A DNA stretch of 64,000 bases, taken from the IMG/VR virus record IMGVR_UViG_2597489997_000001, positions 220,758-284,757 of that record; one strand, written 5' to 3'. Positions within the stretch are counted from its first letter, which is position 1. The number at the start of each line of letters is the position of its first letter. Source of the DNA: a virus. Lineage: Duplodnaviria; Caudoviricetes. Of the stretch, positions 49,673 to 59,002 are shown in pieces. The position numbers and the translations under genes were made by a program. The notes beneath the pieces are model-generated. The model had not been told where the DNA came from and did no database searches. It saw only the letters and a program-made list of their open reading frames with translations.

Positions 49673-50617
49673 ATGACCACAACAGATCCAAAAACAAAAT
49701 TAAATAAATTCGAAGAAACTAATCTTCTCGAAGCGCTTCATAATAACTCCCGTCGTACAACATCTATTCTACACACTGGTAACGCCTGCTTCTTACAGTG
49801 CTGGTATCCTAACTTTGATTTGGGAATTCCTAGTATGAAAGGACCAGTGTGTCAGATCGTGTATAACGGCGGAAAGCGTTCACCATTTATGGATATGACT
49901 GATGCCGGTAAACTACTGGCATTGGCAAAACAAGTTCGCTCTCATGACTGGAAGATGTTCCCTGGTTATGAAGGTACTCATGAACTTAAAACAACCCGCG
50001 TTAAACTAACCTGGAATAAACTCTGGTTCGTCGATGCTCGTTGTCCTCGTTTCCAGACAGGTGATTTTATCCCTACGGATAAATTCCTGGTGAACTTGAT
50101 TGGTTCACTCATCATGTTTATTGCAGGTGGGAAGGGGGTTGATGAATATCCGGTTTCCGCAGTTGGTACCTATGCCGATATGACTCATAAAGATGAGTTG
50201 TTTGCGGTAACTGATTTCGGATACTCTTCCGTCAACTCAAAACCTTCCTGGTTGAAATACACCGCTACAAAATCTACTAAGTCTGGGTCATTAGTAATGA
50301 CTTATGGAGAAGTCCAATTCCATATTAAGAATACCTTTACCCGTGGGGTTGATTGGGAATTCTTTATTGGACAGATCGCCAAGGCGGTGATTGATGTAGC
50401 TTGTGGTGATCATCAGTACGTTGAGGTCTTCCTCGGTCATCCTGTACTTGATAAGTACAATACCTATGTTCGTAAGTATGTTGAGGGGGATCGTACCTTT
50501 ATGGTTATCAACTCCGACATTCATGCTTACAACAATAAAGTTATGTTCATGCTGGGAGAAAAGAATACTCAGCATTTGAAAGATTTCTTTACCACGATTA
50601 TCAACTACCACAAATAA
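49673..50617 (+). CDS. hypothetical protein, paralog array A
   Basis: 314 aa; C-terminal INSD...KVMF.L. Confidence 0.8.
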   Translation: MTTTDPKTKLNKFEETNLLEALHNNSRRTTSILHTGNACFLQCWYPNFDLGIPSMKGPVCQIVYNGGKRSPFMDMTDAGKLLALAKQVRSHDWKMFPGYEGTHELKTTRVKLTWNKLWFVDARCPRFQTGDFIPTDKFLVNLIGSLIMFIAGGKGVDEYPVSAVGTYADMTHKDELFAVTDFGYSSVNSKPSWLKYTATKSTKSGSLVMTYGEVQFHIKNTFTRGVDWEFFIGQIAKAVIDVACGDHQYVEVFLGHPVLDKYNTYVRKYVEGDRTFMVINSDIHAYNNKVMFMLGEKNTQHLKDFFTTIINYHK

Positions 50618-50696
50618 GAATAAAAAGGTTTACCCCGGGATGACCGGGGAGCCTTTGACAAGTGTCATAAACCAACCAATAAGCGAGGAGCTTATA

Positions 50697-51545
50697 ATGA
50701 AAGAAGCAAATGTAATCCCAACCCCAAATAAAGGCTACGTTAAGAACATCGGTACTTTCACATTGCCCGTTCCGTCCTACTGCATGGTGCTCTCGAAGTT
50801 TCAATTGTCATACGCTTTGGTGTATGACGAGAATATCCAGTTTGTACAGGACCACAATGTTTCTCCTGCTCTCACCAAAGACGACGCTAGAGCAATCCTT
50901 ATGGGCATCGCTGATGTAGAACGTCTTGAGAAAGAGAAACGTTATGACATCTTCAAGAAGAAGATTGTCAAAATAAGTGGCGGACGTGAATTCACCATAG
51001 CGGGTTTAGGGTATCGTTTAGGTAATGTTCATATCCATGGTCGTGAAGAGATGGCTCGTTTAAAAGATTTACTCACTGCTTTTGTTTGGGGTAAGTCGAG
51101 AAATGAAATGGGCCCATTCACTATAGACCTTGGTGAAATAAGAACACACGGAGAGATTGAACGTTTTGGTAATGTCTCCAAATACGTAACCTGGAGCATC
51201 CGTATTAATGATGGGCTTTGTGTTGAAGATCGTGGTCGCCTAGATATCGTGGGACCATACGACGGAATCCGTTATCACTTCGGAACCGAAGAAATCTTAT
51301 CAGAGATCATCAAAGGCGTTAAGACGCTACTTAATTCAGATGCAACCGAATACCGGTTCACTGAAGAAAAAGCTGTTAGCGTTGGACTGAGGCTCTTTAA
51401 AACCACCATCCATGATGGTTCTATTGCCGTGGGTATTTCAACAGATATTCTCTTGCCGAATCAAAGAACGTTTATGTTCTTAGGTAAAGAGAGTGGTGAG
51501 AAGTTCCTGAAGTTCCTTCGCAAAGGTAAGAAGTTATTTAAGTAA
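50697..51545 (+). CDS. hypothetical protein, paralog array A
   Basis: ATG 50697 behind GAGGAG; C-terminal ISTD...RTFMFL. Confidence 0.8.
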   Translation: MKEANVIPTPNKGYVKNIGTFTLPVPSYCMVLSKFQLSYALVYDENIQFVQDHNVSPALTKDDARAILMGIADVERLEKEKRYDIFKKKIVKISGGREFTIAGLGYRLGNVHIHGREEMARLKDLLTAFVWGKSRNEMGPFTIDLGEIRTHGEIERFGNVSKYVTWSIRINDGLCVEDRGRLDIVGPYDGIRYHFGTEEILSEIIKGVKTLLNSDATEYRFTEEKAVSVGLRLFKTTIHDGSIAVGISTDILLPNQRTFMFLGKESGEKFLKFLRKGKKLFK

Positions 51546-51636
51546 ATAGTAATTAAGGGGAGTGATCCGATCAAAAGCATCACTCTCCTGGACAGAGTTC
51601 CACAAACCCATAGTCAAACCTAAAGAGGACTAAACC

Positions 51637-52641
51637 ATGTTAAAAGCACGTCACTGTTATGCAACTGAAACTGCTTTCCACAACGCACTGTTCCGTGAAA
51701 AAGCAACTGCTCATGTCTTTGCGCTGAATCCGGCAGGAAGGGTGCAAGTCAAATTCCTTATCGGTAATGAAGAAACGGCCGTAACTGGTCGTGAGAATGT
51801 CTTCTTCATTATCGACAGCGCTGACCGCAACCGGATGTTTAATCTCCGTGATGCCAAAAATATACTCGATCTCATTGCGATCATCCGCGATAAGCGAGTC
51901 TCCACTTATCAGGGCGCAGGGTTAGTTTACGATACCTCGGTCGGTGGTAAGTACATTCGTCGATATCTTCGTACTTCTCATCAACAAGCTCATGAATCCA
52001 TCATCAGTAATGATGGGATGGTTCCTCTTGATCTCAAGAATGATCCTAAGTTTGCTGAGAAGCATTGGGAAGAAAGCCTGAATCGGTTTGAAGAAATCAT
52101 CCGAGAATTCATCAATGTTTGTGATGGGAAAAAGGTATCCATTAATAAATGGTTCCGTCAACGTCGTTATATGATGCTCCCTCTTCATAATGCGTTCAAT
52201 GGTCCATTCAAAGTTCATAGTCTGCGATTGAATTGGACTCAGGACATGAGAGTGAACAATATCGCATTCCAAGTCGGTGAGAAGACTGTATTATTCTACG
52301 CACTTCATAAAGAAAATACCTCTTCCCTTACCGATGTTACCGAGGGGTTCATTGACGCCATTTATCGTATTCTTGATGAATATAAAGTATTCGTAGATGA
52401 CGACGACATGTTCGTCAGTTCAACTCCAGTTATTCTGTCAGATGACAGAAAACACTTTATGGAATATGTCGGTGGCCGTGGTGTTGGAGGCGATTCTTAC
52501 GAAGGTGGTTTCAGAACCATTATTCTTAATGTCAACTCTGATGCTTCACCAGCATGGTCCAAAATCCATTTCCATTATGAACCTAATTTTATTTGTGATT
52601 TGGTTGATGGGTTACGCTTCTGTACTGATTTCGAGATCTAA
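51637..52641 (+). CDS. hypothetical protein, paralog array A
   Basis: 334 aa; C-terminal VNSD...KIHF. Confidence 0.8.
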   Translation: MLKARHCYATETAFHNALFREKATAHVFALNPAGRVQVKFLIGNEETAVTGRENVFFIIDSADRNRMFNLRDAKNILDLIAIIRDKRVSTYQGAGLVYDTSVGGKYIRRYLRTSHQQAHESIISNDGMVPLDLKNDPKFAEKHWEESLNRFEEIIREFINVCDGKKVSINKWFRQRRYMMLPLHNAFNGPFKVHSLRLNWTQDMRVNNIAFQVGEKTVLFYALHKENTSSLTDVTEGFIDAIYRILDEYKVFVDDDDMFVSSTPVILSDDRKHFMEYVGGRGVGGDSYEGGFRTIILNVNSDASPAWSKIHFHYEPNFICDLVDGLRFCTDFEI

Positions 52642-52642
52642 C

Positions 52643-52888
52643 ATGAAAAAGATTCTCATTGCATTACTGGCTTTCTCTTCTGTAGCCATGTCTGCCGAGC
52701 ATCCGGTCAATATAACTGATGGTGAGTCTAAGTATGTTGAGACAGATCGATTTATTGTCACTGATTTACCCGAGCCCCTGTACAAGGTGATTACTGATAC
52801 CAGGACCGGTTGTCAGTTTTTACTTACTTATAGAAATGGGATTAGTCAGATCCCATTGGGTTGTTTCGAGGAGTATAAAAAGAAATGA
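52643..52888 (+). CDS. small secreted protein, DUF6440-like
   Basis: MKKILIALLAFSSVAMSA signal peptide; DRF...YKVITDTRTGCQFLL motif. Confidence 0.7.
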   Translation: MKKILIALLAFSSVAMSAEHPVNITDGESKYVETDRFIVTDLPEPLYKVITDTRTGCQFLLTYRNGISQIPLGCFEEYKKK

Positions 52889-53277
52889 CTGTAGCTAAGA
52901 TAACTACTCTTGAAGAGTTAATCGATATCGCTGAACCTAAGTCGATCTGCTTGCTCCTGGAAGTTGAGCACGGGTTTACCTATGGTGATGCTGACCGTGA
53001 TTGTAAAAATGTTCAACGTATCGAGCACATGCTTAATCGCATTGAGAGCGTCGGCACAAAGGGCGACTTAGAGATAATGACATTCTTAGTCTCTCGTCGA
53101 CCGATCCCTGAGGGTCACGCACAGATCATCCCTGTGTACGTTTTCATCGATCCCAAAGATGATTGGTCTAAGACTAAGTCATCTGACCTGACCATTATCA
53201 AACGCATTGATAATAAGGTCGAAGTCGCAGGTATCTCAGAAGAGTTCGAAATACCACTCCGTACTTTACTCGATTAA
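52885..53277 (+). CDS. hypothetical protein, paralog array B
   Basis: 130 aa; LEELIDIAEPKSICLL. Confidence 0.75.
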   Translation: MTVAKITTLEELIDIAEPKSICLLLEVEHGFTYGDADRDCKNVQRIEHMLNRIESVGTKGDLEIMTFLVSRRPIPEGHAQIIPVYVFIDPKDDWSKTKSSDLTIIKRIDNKVEVAGISEEFEIPLRTLLD

Positions 53278-53329
53278 TCCATAACCTCCAGAGAGTAGCG
53301 CGAAGCTACTCTCTGGTAAAGGAACTATT

Positions 53330-54064
53330 ATGTCTATTTTAAATTCAATTGTGAAATCAGCTGTTGATAAAAAGTGTGCTCCTTCTGATGAAGCCATTGC
53401 TAAAGTTAAAGCATGGGCTCACCAACACGGTCCTTTGTATTTAGAAGATTTCCTGGTGGCTGCTGAACCACGCGATTGCATTATCCTCACAATCATCAAT
53501 AAAGAAGCGGATGTCGATACCAAAGAGAAGATTGAAAAGATCTCCTCTAAGTTGAAACACTTCATTGACACGGTTAGTGAATCAGGACAGTTCCCAGAAA
53601 AAGTCAAGGTGGGGTATGCGCTGCGCATCTTTGATCCCAAAGGTCCAACTGTTGATTATAAAGTAGTCGATGTTGAAGACAACAAAATCTCCTTTAAACA
53701 AACGGATGGTTCTTTAATTCTTAGTGATCTGGTTATCGTTATAGACGACCGGGACCGTTTAAGCATTATGCGTTCTAAACTTCATCCTTCCGGTATTCGG
53801 ATGGCATGGGGTAAATCGCTGACCCATAAACTTATTACTAAACTCACCGAGGCTGGGTTGAAAGGGGATCATACAACTTTGATTCCTTTCTCCGAGAAAA
53901 CAAGAATACCAACTCATCGTTTATTGGACATCATGATGGGTTATGTGATTAGTCCAGAAGTTGATGAGATCAAAGCAATCGCAGATGCTCTGGATATTCC
54001 TTTCTTGGAATTAATCGGCGACGATCTTAAAGATATCGATCTCTCACCTCAAGTGGGTAAGTGA
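53330..54064 (+). CDS. array B domain fused to C-terminal XRE/Cro-like HTH
   Basis: LEDFLVAAEPRDCIIL; FSEKTRIPTHRLLDIMMG...P.VDEIKAIADALDIPFLELI. Confidence 0.7.
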   Translation: MSILNSIVKSAVDKKCAPSDEAIAKVKAWAHQHGPLYLEDFLVAAEPRDCIILTIINKEADVDTKEKIEKISSKLKHFIDTVSESGQFPEKVKVGYALRIFDPKGPTVDYKVVDVEDNKISFKQTDGSLILSDLVIVIDDRDRLSIMRSKLHPSGIRMAWGKSLTHKLITKLTEAGLKGDHTTLIPFSEKTRIPTHRLLDIMMGYVISPEVDEIKAIADALDIPFLELIGDDLKDIDLSPQVGK

Positions 54065-54065
54065 A

Positions 54066-54419
54066 ATGATCAAATATCAATTTATAGTTAATAAGGATAA
54101 CACAGTAACTATTGATAATCTTCTCGATTCCATGAATCCTAAAGCCATTGGAATAGTGACACTTGCTGGAGAAACAGAAGTAGTCAAATCCCTTAAGGAA
54201 AGACTCATTGCTTTTAATCCAAGCATGAAAATTGTTATGGGTGTTGCGACACGTGATGAGTCTCACATGGTAAAGGTATTCCATGGAACAAAGGTACCAG
54301 GAATGTCCAGGGAAGATATAGTCGGATCTGATATTGTTTTCTACGTGAATGAGTTAGATCAGATAAGAGCATTCCGTTCACCTCCCCAATTACCAACAGG
54401 TGTTAGATTCACTTTATAA
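54066..54419 (+). CDS. hypothetical protein, paralog array B
   Basis: 117 aa; IDNLLDSMNPKAIGIV. Confidence 0.7.
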   Translation: MIKYQFIVNKDNTVTIDNLLDSMNPKAIGIVTLAGETEVVKSLKERLIAFNPSMKIVMGVATRDESHMVKVFHGTKVPGMSREDIVGSDIVFYVNELDQIRAFRSPPQLPTGVRFTL

Positions 54420-54447
54420 TTTTCTACCGGCTATATTAGTTCAAGTA

Positions 54448-54464
54448 GATATTATTAACGTGCA
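54448..54464 (+). promoter_or_regulatory. putative early promoter (GATATTATTAACGTGCA)
   Basis: Repeated motif upstream of ATG 54526. Confidence 0.6.
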
Positions 54465-54525
54465 ATCAATGCGAAGAAGACGAACACGTACTTCTTTTCA
54501 ACCATTTAGTATAGAGGATATTAAT

Positions 54526-55458
54526 ATGTTTCCAACTCCGGAAAAATCACAAGCAAAGCGTCTTGAGCTGATGTATCACATTGAAGATCAAATCAAGAAA
54601 CGTCGTGAACTGAAAGCCAAAGTCGCCAGTGGTGAAATCACTGAGGAAGAATGGCAAGCTTCCATGGACAAGATTCGTGCGGAAATCAACTGTCCTATTC
54701 GCAACAACATCAACCAGAAATTTGGCTCAATGGGAACCGGATTGGATGGTCGTGGTGACCCCATCTTGACTTCTGAAGTTCGAGTTAAAACTGATACCTA
54801 TGGTCGCCCAATTACGTACACCACGCTTCCTGAAATCATTGATGGTGACATGCCGGATATCTGGATCTGTGTTGACGGTAACAAAGTCGATACCCAGATG
54901 GCTGAAAATAAAGCCCATCTATTCCGTGAGTTAATTCACCACGCGTATGCTGGTGAAGTTCAGGTACACTTCTCATCAGGACCAACGGCAATTTCAATGA
55001 TACTGAATGAACCCCTGGTTCTCGAAGCTCAACATAACGGCTTCTGTATTAAGAAATGTCCAAAGGCTCTGACCCACAACGGACTCTATCTCCATTATCC
55101 GCCTTCACCAGAAGAGAAGAAAGTTTCTATTCTGGATCTGGTTGTTGATGAAGATATTAATAAAGTCGCGATCTTTGCGATTACCTACCCTGACAGCACC
55201 CCAGAGGAACTGGAAGCTCAGTCTCACTGTGTTGCCAAAATGATGCAGGATATTCGTACCATCAATCGCAAGACTGAAGTGGCCATCGTTCCTATTGACA
55301 TTCCGGTTCGTCAGGCCGATGTTATTGTTGATGGTCTGATGATGGGTTACATGTTGACATCATGGGTGACCATCAATGTCGTGGGTGACACGGCTAGTGT
55401 AAGTAAAGCGCGTGGGCATTTCCCATCAGTAGTAGGGTATAAAGTAGTAGGTTTATAA
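54526..55458 (+). CDS. hypothetical protein with C-terminal array B-like domain
   Basis: ATG 54526 behind AGAGGA; SILDLVVDEDINKVAIF. Confidence 0.75.
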   Translation: MFPTPEKSQAKRLELMYHIEDQIKKRRELKAKVASGEITEEEWQASMDKIRAEINCPIRNNINQKFGSMGTGLDGRGDPILTSEVRVKTDTYGRPITYTTLPEIIDGDMPDIWICVDGNKVDTQMAENKAHLFRELIHHAYAGEVQVHFSSGPTAISMILNEPLVLEAQHNGFCIKKCPKALTHNGLYLHYPPSPEEKKVSILDLVVDEDINKVAIFAITYPDSTPEELEAQSHCVAKMMQDIRTINRKTEVAIVPIDIPVRQADVIVDGLMMGYMLTSWVTINVVGDTASVSKARGHFPSVVGYKVVGL

Positions 55459-55518
55459 AAATACTACACCTCCAATTCAACGTTAATCAAACTCATTCGT
55501 AAAGTAAAGGAAAATAGC

Positions 55519-55977
55519 ATGACTAAGTTAAACAAAGGTTTCGGTAAGATCATGGACGCTCGTGTTGAAGATCTGGTTAAGAACGCCGAAGTCCACAAAG
55601 ACACCCACCACATCAGTTTCAAAGTTCCAACTGCGCTGAGTGAAAAGAAAGACATCTCCTTCGGTTCCGAAGTTGAAGTTCTGACTCACGCGGTTGATCT
55701 GATCAACGGTTACGGCTTAGCTGTAGAAGCTGCAACTACCCAGATCGCTCACGAACAGTTCCCTGAAACCAAACAGGAAACGTGGGATGGTCGTCTGGGT
55801 CTGTTTGATGGCCTGACTATGAATTCCGACATCCGTCTTCGTGAAGTCGTTGGTGAAGACACTCTGTTCGGTACAACACAGACCTTCATCGATCACCCTC
55901 ACTCTCAGGATATGGTTAACTGGTATTCCAACTTCCAGGAAGTCAATGCCGATCGTGCTAAGAAGCTGTTCGACTAA
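55519..55977 (+). CDS. hypothetical protein, likely abundant
   Basis: 152 aa, AAGGAA RBS, strong codon bias, followed by hairpin at about 55998-56023. Confidence 0.8.
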   Translation: MTKLNKGFGKIMDARVEDLVKNAEVHKDTHHISFKVPTALSEKKDISFGSEVEVLTHAVDLINGYGLAVEAATTQIAHEQFPETKQETWDGRLGLFDGLTMNSDIRLREVVGEDTLFGTTQTFIDHPHSQDMVNWYSNFQEVNADRAKKLFD

Positions 55978-56053
55978 TATCTGACCCGATGATGGTTCCT
56001 CCTCTGGTTTACACCAGGGGAGGTTCATATTTAATTTCATTATTTTTAGTCGG

Positions 56054-56611
56054 GTGGATATGGAATACAAGAAGACAAATAGAGTAATGTTGGGAGATGA
56101 TAACACTGTCGATGCGATAACCACATCAAGTGAAATCATTAATGACTCTATTGAAGAAGATAAACCTATCTATAAAGGTGATTGCGAAATAAGGTTTTAT
56201 CTGGGAGGCCGACCGGTCATACTTCATAATGACACCACTACCAGCGATAACATAACTTCGTTGAATGAGTATATCAACAAGCTTAATCGCATTATGGAAA
56301 TGTCATTAGAAGTTTGTGCTGAGATGGACTATAACCCTGATGAGACTTTCTTAGTAAGGGAATTCTTAAATCCGTTTGTTCCTACGGATAGGCTATTCGG
56401 TGGCACGTTGCTAATACTGTATGGTGCTCGGTATAAACAAGTTACCTTTGATATTGCTGACTGTAGTAACAAACTCCGTCGTACATTTAAACCTGATCAA
56501 TTCAGAGTGTTCACCCAAAAGCTTTGCGAAGCAATTCGTAATGCTATCGGTGAATGTTGGGATATAAAGGATCTCATTAATGAATCTAAACAAAGTCAAA
56601 CGCGAGTATAA
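56054..56611 (+). CDS. hypothetical protein, paralog array C
   Basis: FYLGGRPVILH, REFLN, TFDIADC. Confidence 0.8.
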   Translation: MDMEYKKTNRVMLGDDNTVDAITTSSEIINDSIEEDKPIYKGDCEIRFYLGGRPVILHNDTTTSDNITSLNEYINKLNRIMEMSLEVCAEMDYNPDETFLVREFLNPFVPTDRLFGGTLLILYGARYKQVTFDIADCSNKLRRTFKPDQFRVFTQKLCEAIRNAIGECWDIKDLINESKQSQTRV

Positions 56612-57149
56612 GAAAGCCCGCCGAACAATGTACGGTCAGGCTCCTGATATGCGCGGTGTTACTTCTCTGGCTCAAGTCACTAAGCGTTCTGAAGGGCCAG
56701 TGGTTTTAATAACTAAGGAGCTTCACGGTCAAATCACTTTTTACCTGGGTGGTCGTCCTGTTACCATCCATGGGAAGACGGCTGTTAATAAAGCGGGGCG
56801 TAAGGATAAGGAACCTGAGATCTATCGTGCTAAGATAGAGCTGTTACGTAAGGTTATCTTTGAAGCCTTCGTTCATCTGAAATCTAAAGATGAAGCGCAG
56901 TTCATGTCTCGTGAATTCCTTAATCATGAAGACGATGATAATGACTATGGTTCGTCTATTATGATTCGTGTTCCTGAGTTCCAGAACAAACACGAGTTCT
57001 GTACATTTGAAATTGCGTCTTGTCATTTCAAAATCAGAATGAATCCAAATCGTCAAGAGTTAATCAGACACTTGAAATTCATGATTAAAACTATTGACCT
57101 ACATATGTTCGATTACGAACAAGCTTATCAGGTATGGAAGGGACAATGA
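56580..57149 (+). CDS. hypothetical protein, paralog array C
   Basis: FYLGGRPVTIH, REFLN, TFEIASC. Confidence 0.8.
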   Translation: MNLNKVKREYKKARRTMYGQAPDMRGVTSLAQVTKRSEGPVVLITKELHGQITFYLGGRPVTIHGKTAVNKAGRKDKEPEIYRAKIELLRKVIFEAFVHLKSKDEAQFMSREFLNHEDDDNDYGSSIMIRVPEFQNKHEFCTFEIASCHFKIRMNPNRQELIRHLKFMIKTIDLHMFDYEQAYQVWKGQ

Positions 57150-57535
57150 CACAACAACTTTCGGTATCAGAGGAGTTCAATAAGAAAGCTTCCTTGTTAT
57201 TGGTCAGGGCGATTGAGTCTGAATGCGATACTTCTTTATCGGTATCCATAACCAGGGCGCACAGACTTCATAAGGATATCCTTCGCGAATTCCGTAACAT
57301 CGAGAGAGCGTTGTTTAGCACCGATATGTCTCGTAAACCTGTGGGACTTATTCTTCACACATCACTGGTTAAACGGGACACCGGTTGGACGCTTTCTATT
57401 TCTACACGTAAAGCACCAGGGTCTAACGTGGTCACTATCACCGACCAAACTAAAACCCTTTTGCGTAAATGGCTGAAGTCTGGCTTTAAACCTACAACGA
57501 TGGCTTCTTGGAGATCCACTTATCATGGTCTTTGA
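57146..57535 (+). CDS. hypothetical protein, paralog array D
   Basis: LHKDILREFRNI, VTITD...W. Confidence 0.75.
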   Translation: MTQQLSVSEEFNKKASLLLVRAIESECDTSLSVSITRAHRLHKDILREFRNIERALFSTDMSRKPVGLILHTSLVKRDTGWTLSISTRKAPGSNVVTITDQTKTLLRKWLKSGFKPTTMASWRSTYHGL

Positions 57536-57917
57536 AGATTACATTAAGTTTGCTAAGTTCCGCATTCATACGCTGAACGACATTAAAAGCAAACGTACTC
57601 CTAAGGCGATACTACACGACATCGATAAAGAGATGACGCGTATTTGTAACAGTATCAAGAAAGGCTATACCTTAGGTTCTATTAGACAGGATGTCATGAA
57701 TGGGCTGTACAGACCGTATCGTTATTTCGATATCACATGGACAGCTATTAATAATGATCGTGACCTGAGTGTTGTTATCACTCGCGGTACATCATCAATC
57801 ACCATCACTGAAGAGAACTGGAGTAAGTTCTGCATGTGGTGTAACCATTGGAACGTTGAGCGCCCTGCAACAATGGAAGCATGTGATGATGTTAACTATT
57901 ATAATCGGTGGTGGTAA
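57525..57917 (+). CDS. hypothetical protein, paralog array D
   Basis: LHDIDKEMTRI, ITITE...W. Confidence 0.75.
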   Translation: MVFEDYIKFAKFRIHTLNDIKSKRTPKAILHDIDKEMTRICNSIKKGYTLGSIRQDVMNGLYRPYRYFDITWTAINNDRDLSVVITRGTSSITITEENWSKFCMWCNHWNVERPATMEACDDVNYYNRWW

Positions 57918-58325
57918 ATGGAAGATGGTTCCCTGAAACACCGCCGCATTGATACGTTACGAACAACGTGGAACTATCTTCGTCGTCGTATCGTTGATGC
58001 ACACCCAGCTCGTCGTCCTAAGGTAGAGGTGTATACTTCTGTTGATGCAGAGTTTAGACGTCTGGTTCGCGCCATTTATACGCGTAAGTTAAGTGTTCAA
58101 AGTTACAAGATTATCCAGTTCGGTAACATCAGCTTTGATCACGAATATATCGACTTACGCTCTCGTGACTCTCATCTCGTTCGTTTGTCTTTTAAAGATA
58201 TCGATTCCTTTAGTGACTGGGCATTTGCTGAGTGGCCTGATAAAGAAGTCCAAATGAAAAAGATGATTCGTATCGGTAATCAGACTTATGAAACCTATGA
58301 GACTGAAAAGCCTGGAGATCTTTAA
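57918..58325 (+). CDS. hypothetical protein, paralog array D
   Basis: YTSVDAEFRRL, VRLSF...W. Confidence 0.75.
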   Translation: MEDGSLKHRRIDTLRTTWNYLRRRIVDAHPARRPKVEVYTSVDAEFRRLVRAIYTRKLSVQSYKIIQFGNISFDHEYIDLRSRDSHLVRLSFKDIDSFSDWAFAEWPDKEVQMKKMIRIGNQTYETYETEKPGDL

Positions 58326-58927
58326 TGACCTGGGTGAAACGCACATATAAGCGTGACTGGTTACAACGTTCTCCTTATTTGAATACGGTATCTTTCCGAC
58401 ATGAGTTATCTAATCAGACTCGTTGGGAAATTAAACCAGAATCCATTGATAAGAATGAACGTAAGTTAACATGGGCTGATGATTATTATCCAGTGGAGGA
58501 GATGATCGCAACATTTGAGCTGGTCTTCTCCATTGGGTCTGAAATCATTAAACTTCATGCTAACGATTTCATCGGTCCTTCTGATGCTTTGAAGGACTAC
58601 GTTAGAAAAATAACTTTAATCAAGGAAGTCATAGGACACTTTATAAGGGACTACAAGAGCTTCCATGACAAAGATGCACCATTTATCATCAAGGAGTTCC
58701 TAAACTCGTCTGAGGGCCCTTCAGCGATCTATACGAGTACTATAGCCATCTCCTGCTCATCCACCCATTCTTTCTTCTTTGAGATTGGGAGCTGTGACGA
58801 TAAGGCAAGACTCTATATAGAAAAAGAAAAGGATTTTCTTGAGATGCTGATCAAACTACAAAAGTTTCTCAGCGGAGCGATAACTGATGCACAAGCAGCT
58901 CTCGATACGTATAAGGGTCGATTGTAA
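58325..58927 (+). CDS. hypothetical protein, paralog array C
   Basis: FSIGSEIIKLH, KEFLN, FFEIGSC. Confidence 0.8.
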   Translation: MTWVKRTYKRDWLQRSPYLNTVSFRHELSNQTRWEIKPESIDKNERKLTWADDYYPVEEMIATFELVFSIGSEIIKLHANDFIGPSDALKDYVRKITLIKEVIGHFIRDYKSFHDKDAPFIIKEFLNSSEGPSAIYTSTIAISCSSTHSFFFEIGSCDDKARLYIEKEKDFLEMLIKLQKFLSGAITDAQAALDTYKGRL

Positions 58928-58942
58928 TTCAGTTGGATAAAT

Positions 58943-58977
58943 GTTTGGGTATACATTATCTCTGTGTATACCCAAAC
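58943..58977 (+). promoter_or_regulatory. promoter-like motif inside a perfect 13-bp inverted repeat
   Basis: GTTTGGGTATACA-TTATCTCTG-TGTATACCCAAAC; contains TACATTATCTCTGTGTA. Confidence 0.6.
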
Positions 58978-59002
58978 TAATTTAACTATTAAGGAATTTA
59001 CC

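Noticed and set aside
52397-52642. N-terminal extension of the 52397..52888 ORF
   Set aside because: Overlaps the upstream gene; the signal peptide begins at 52643
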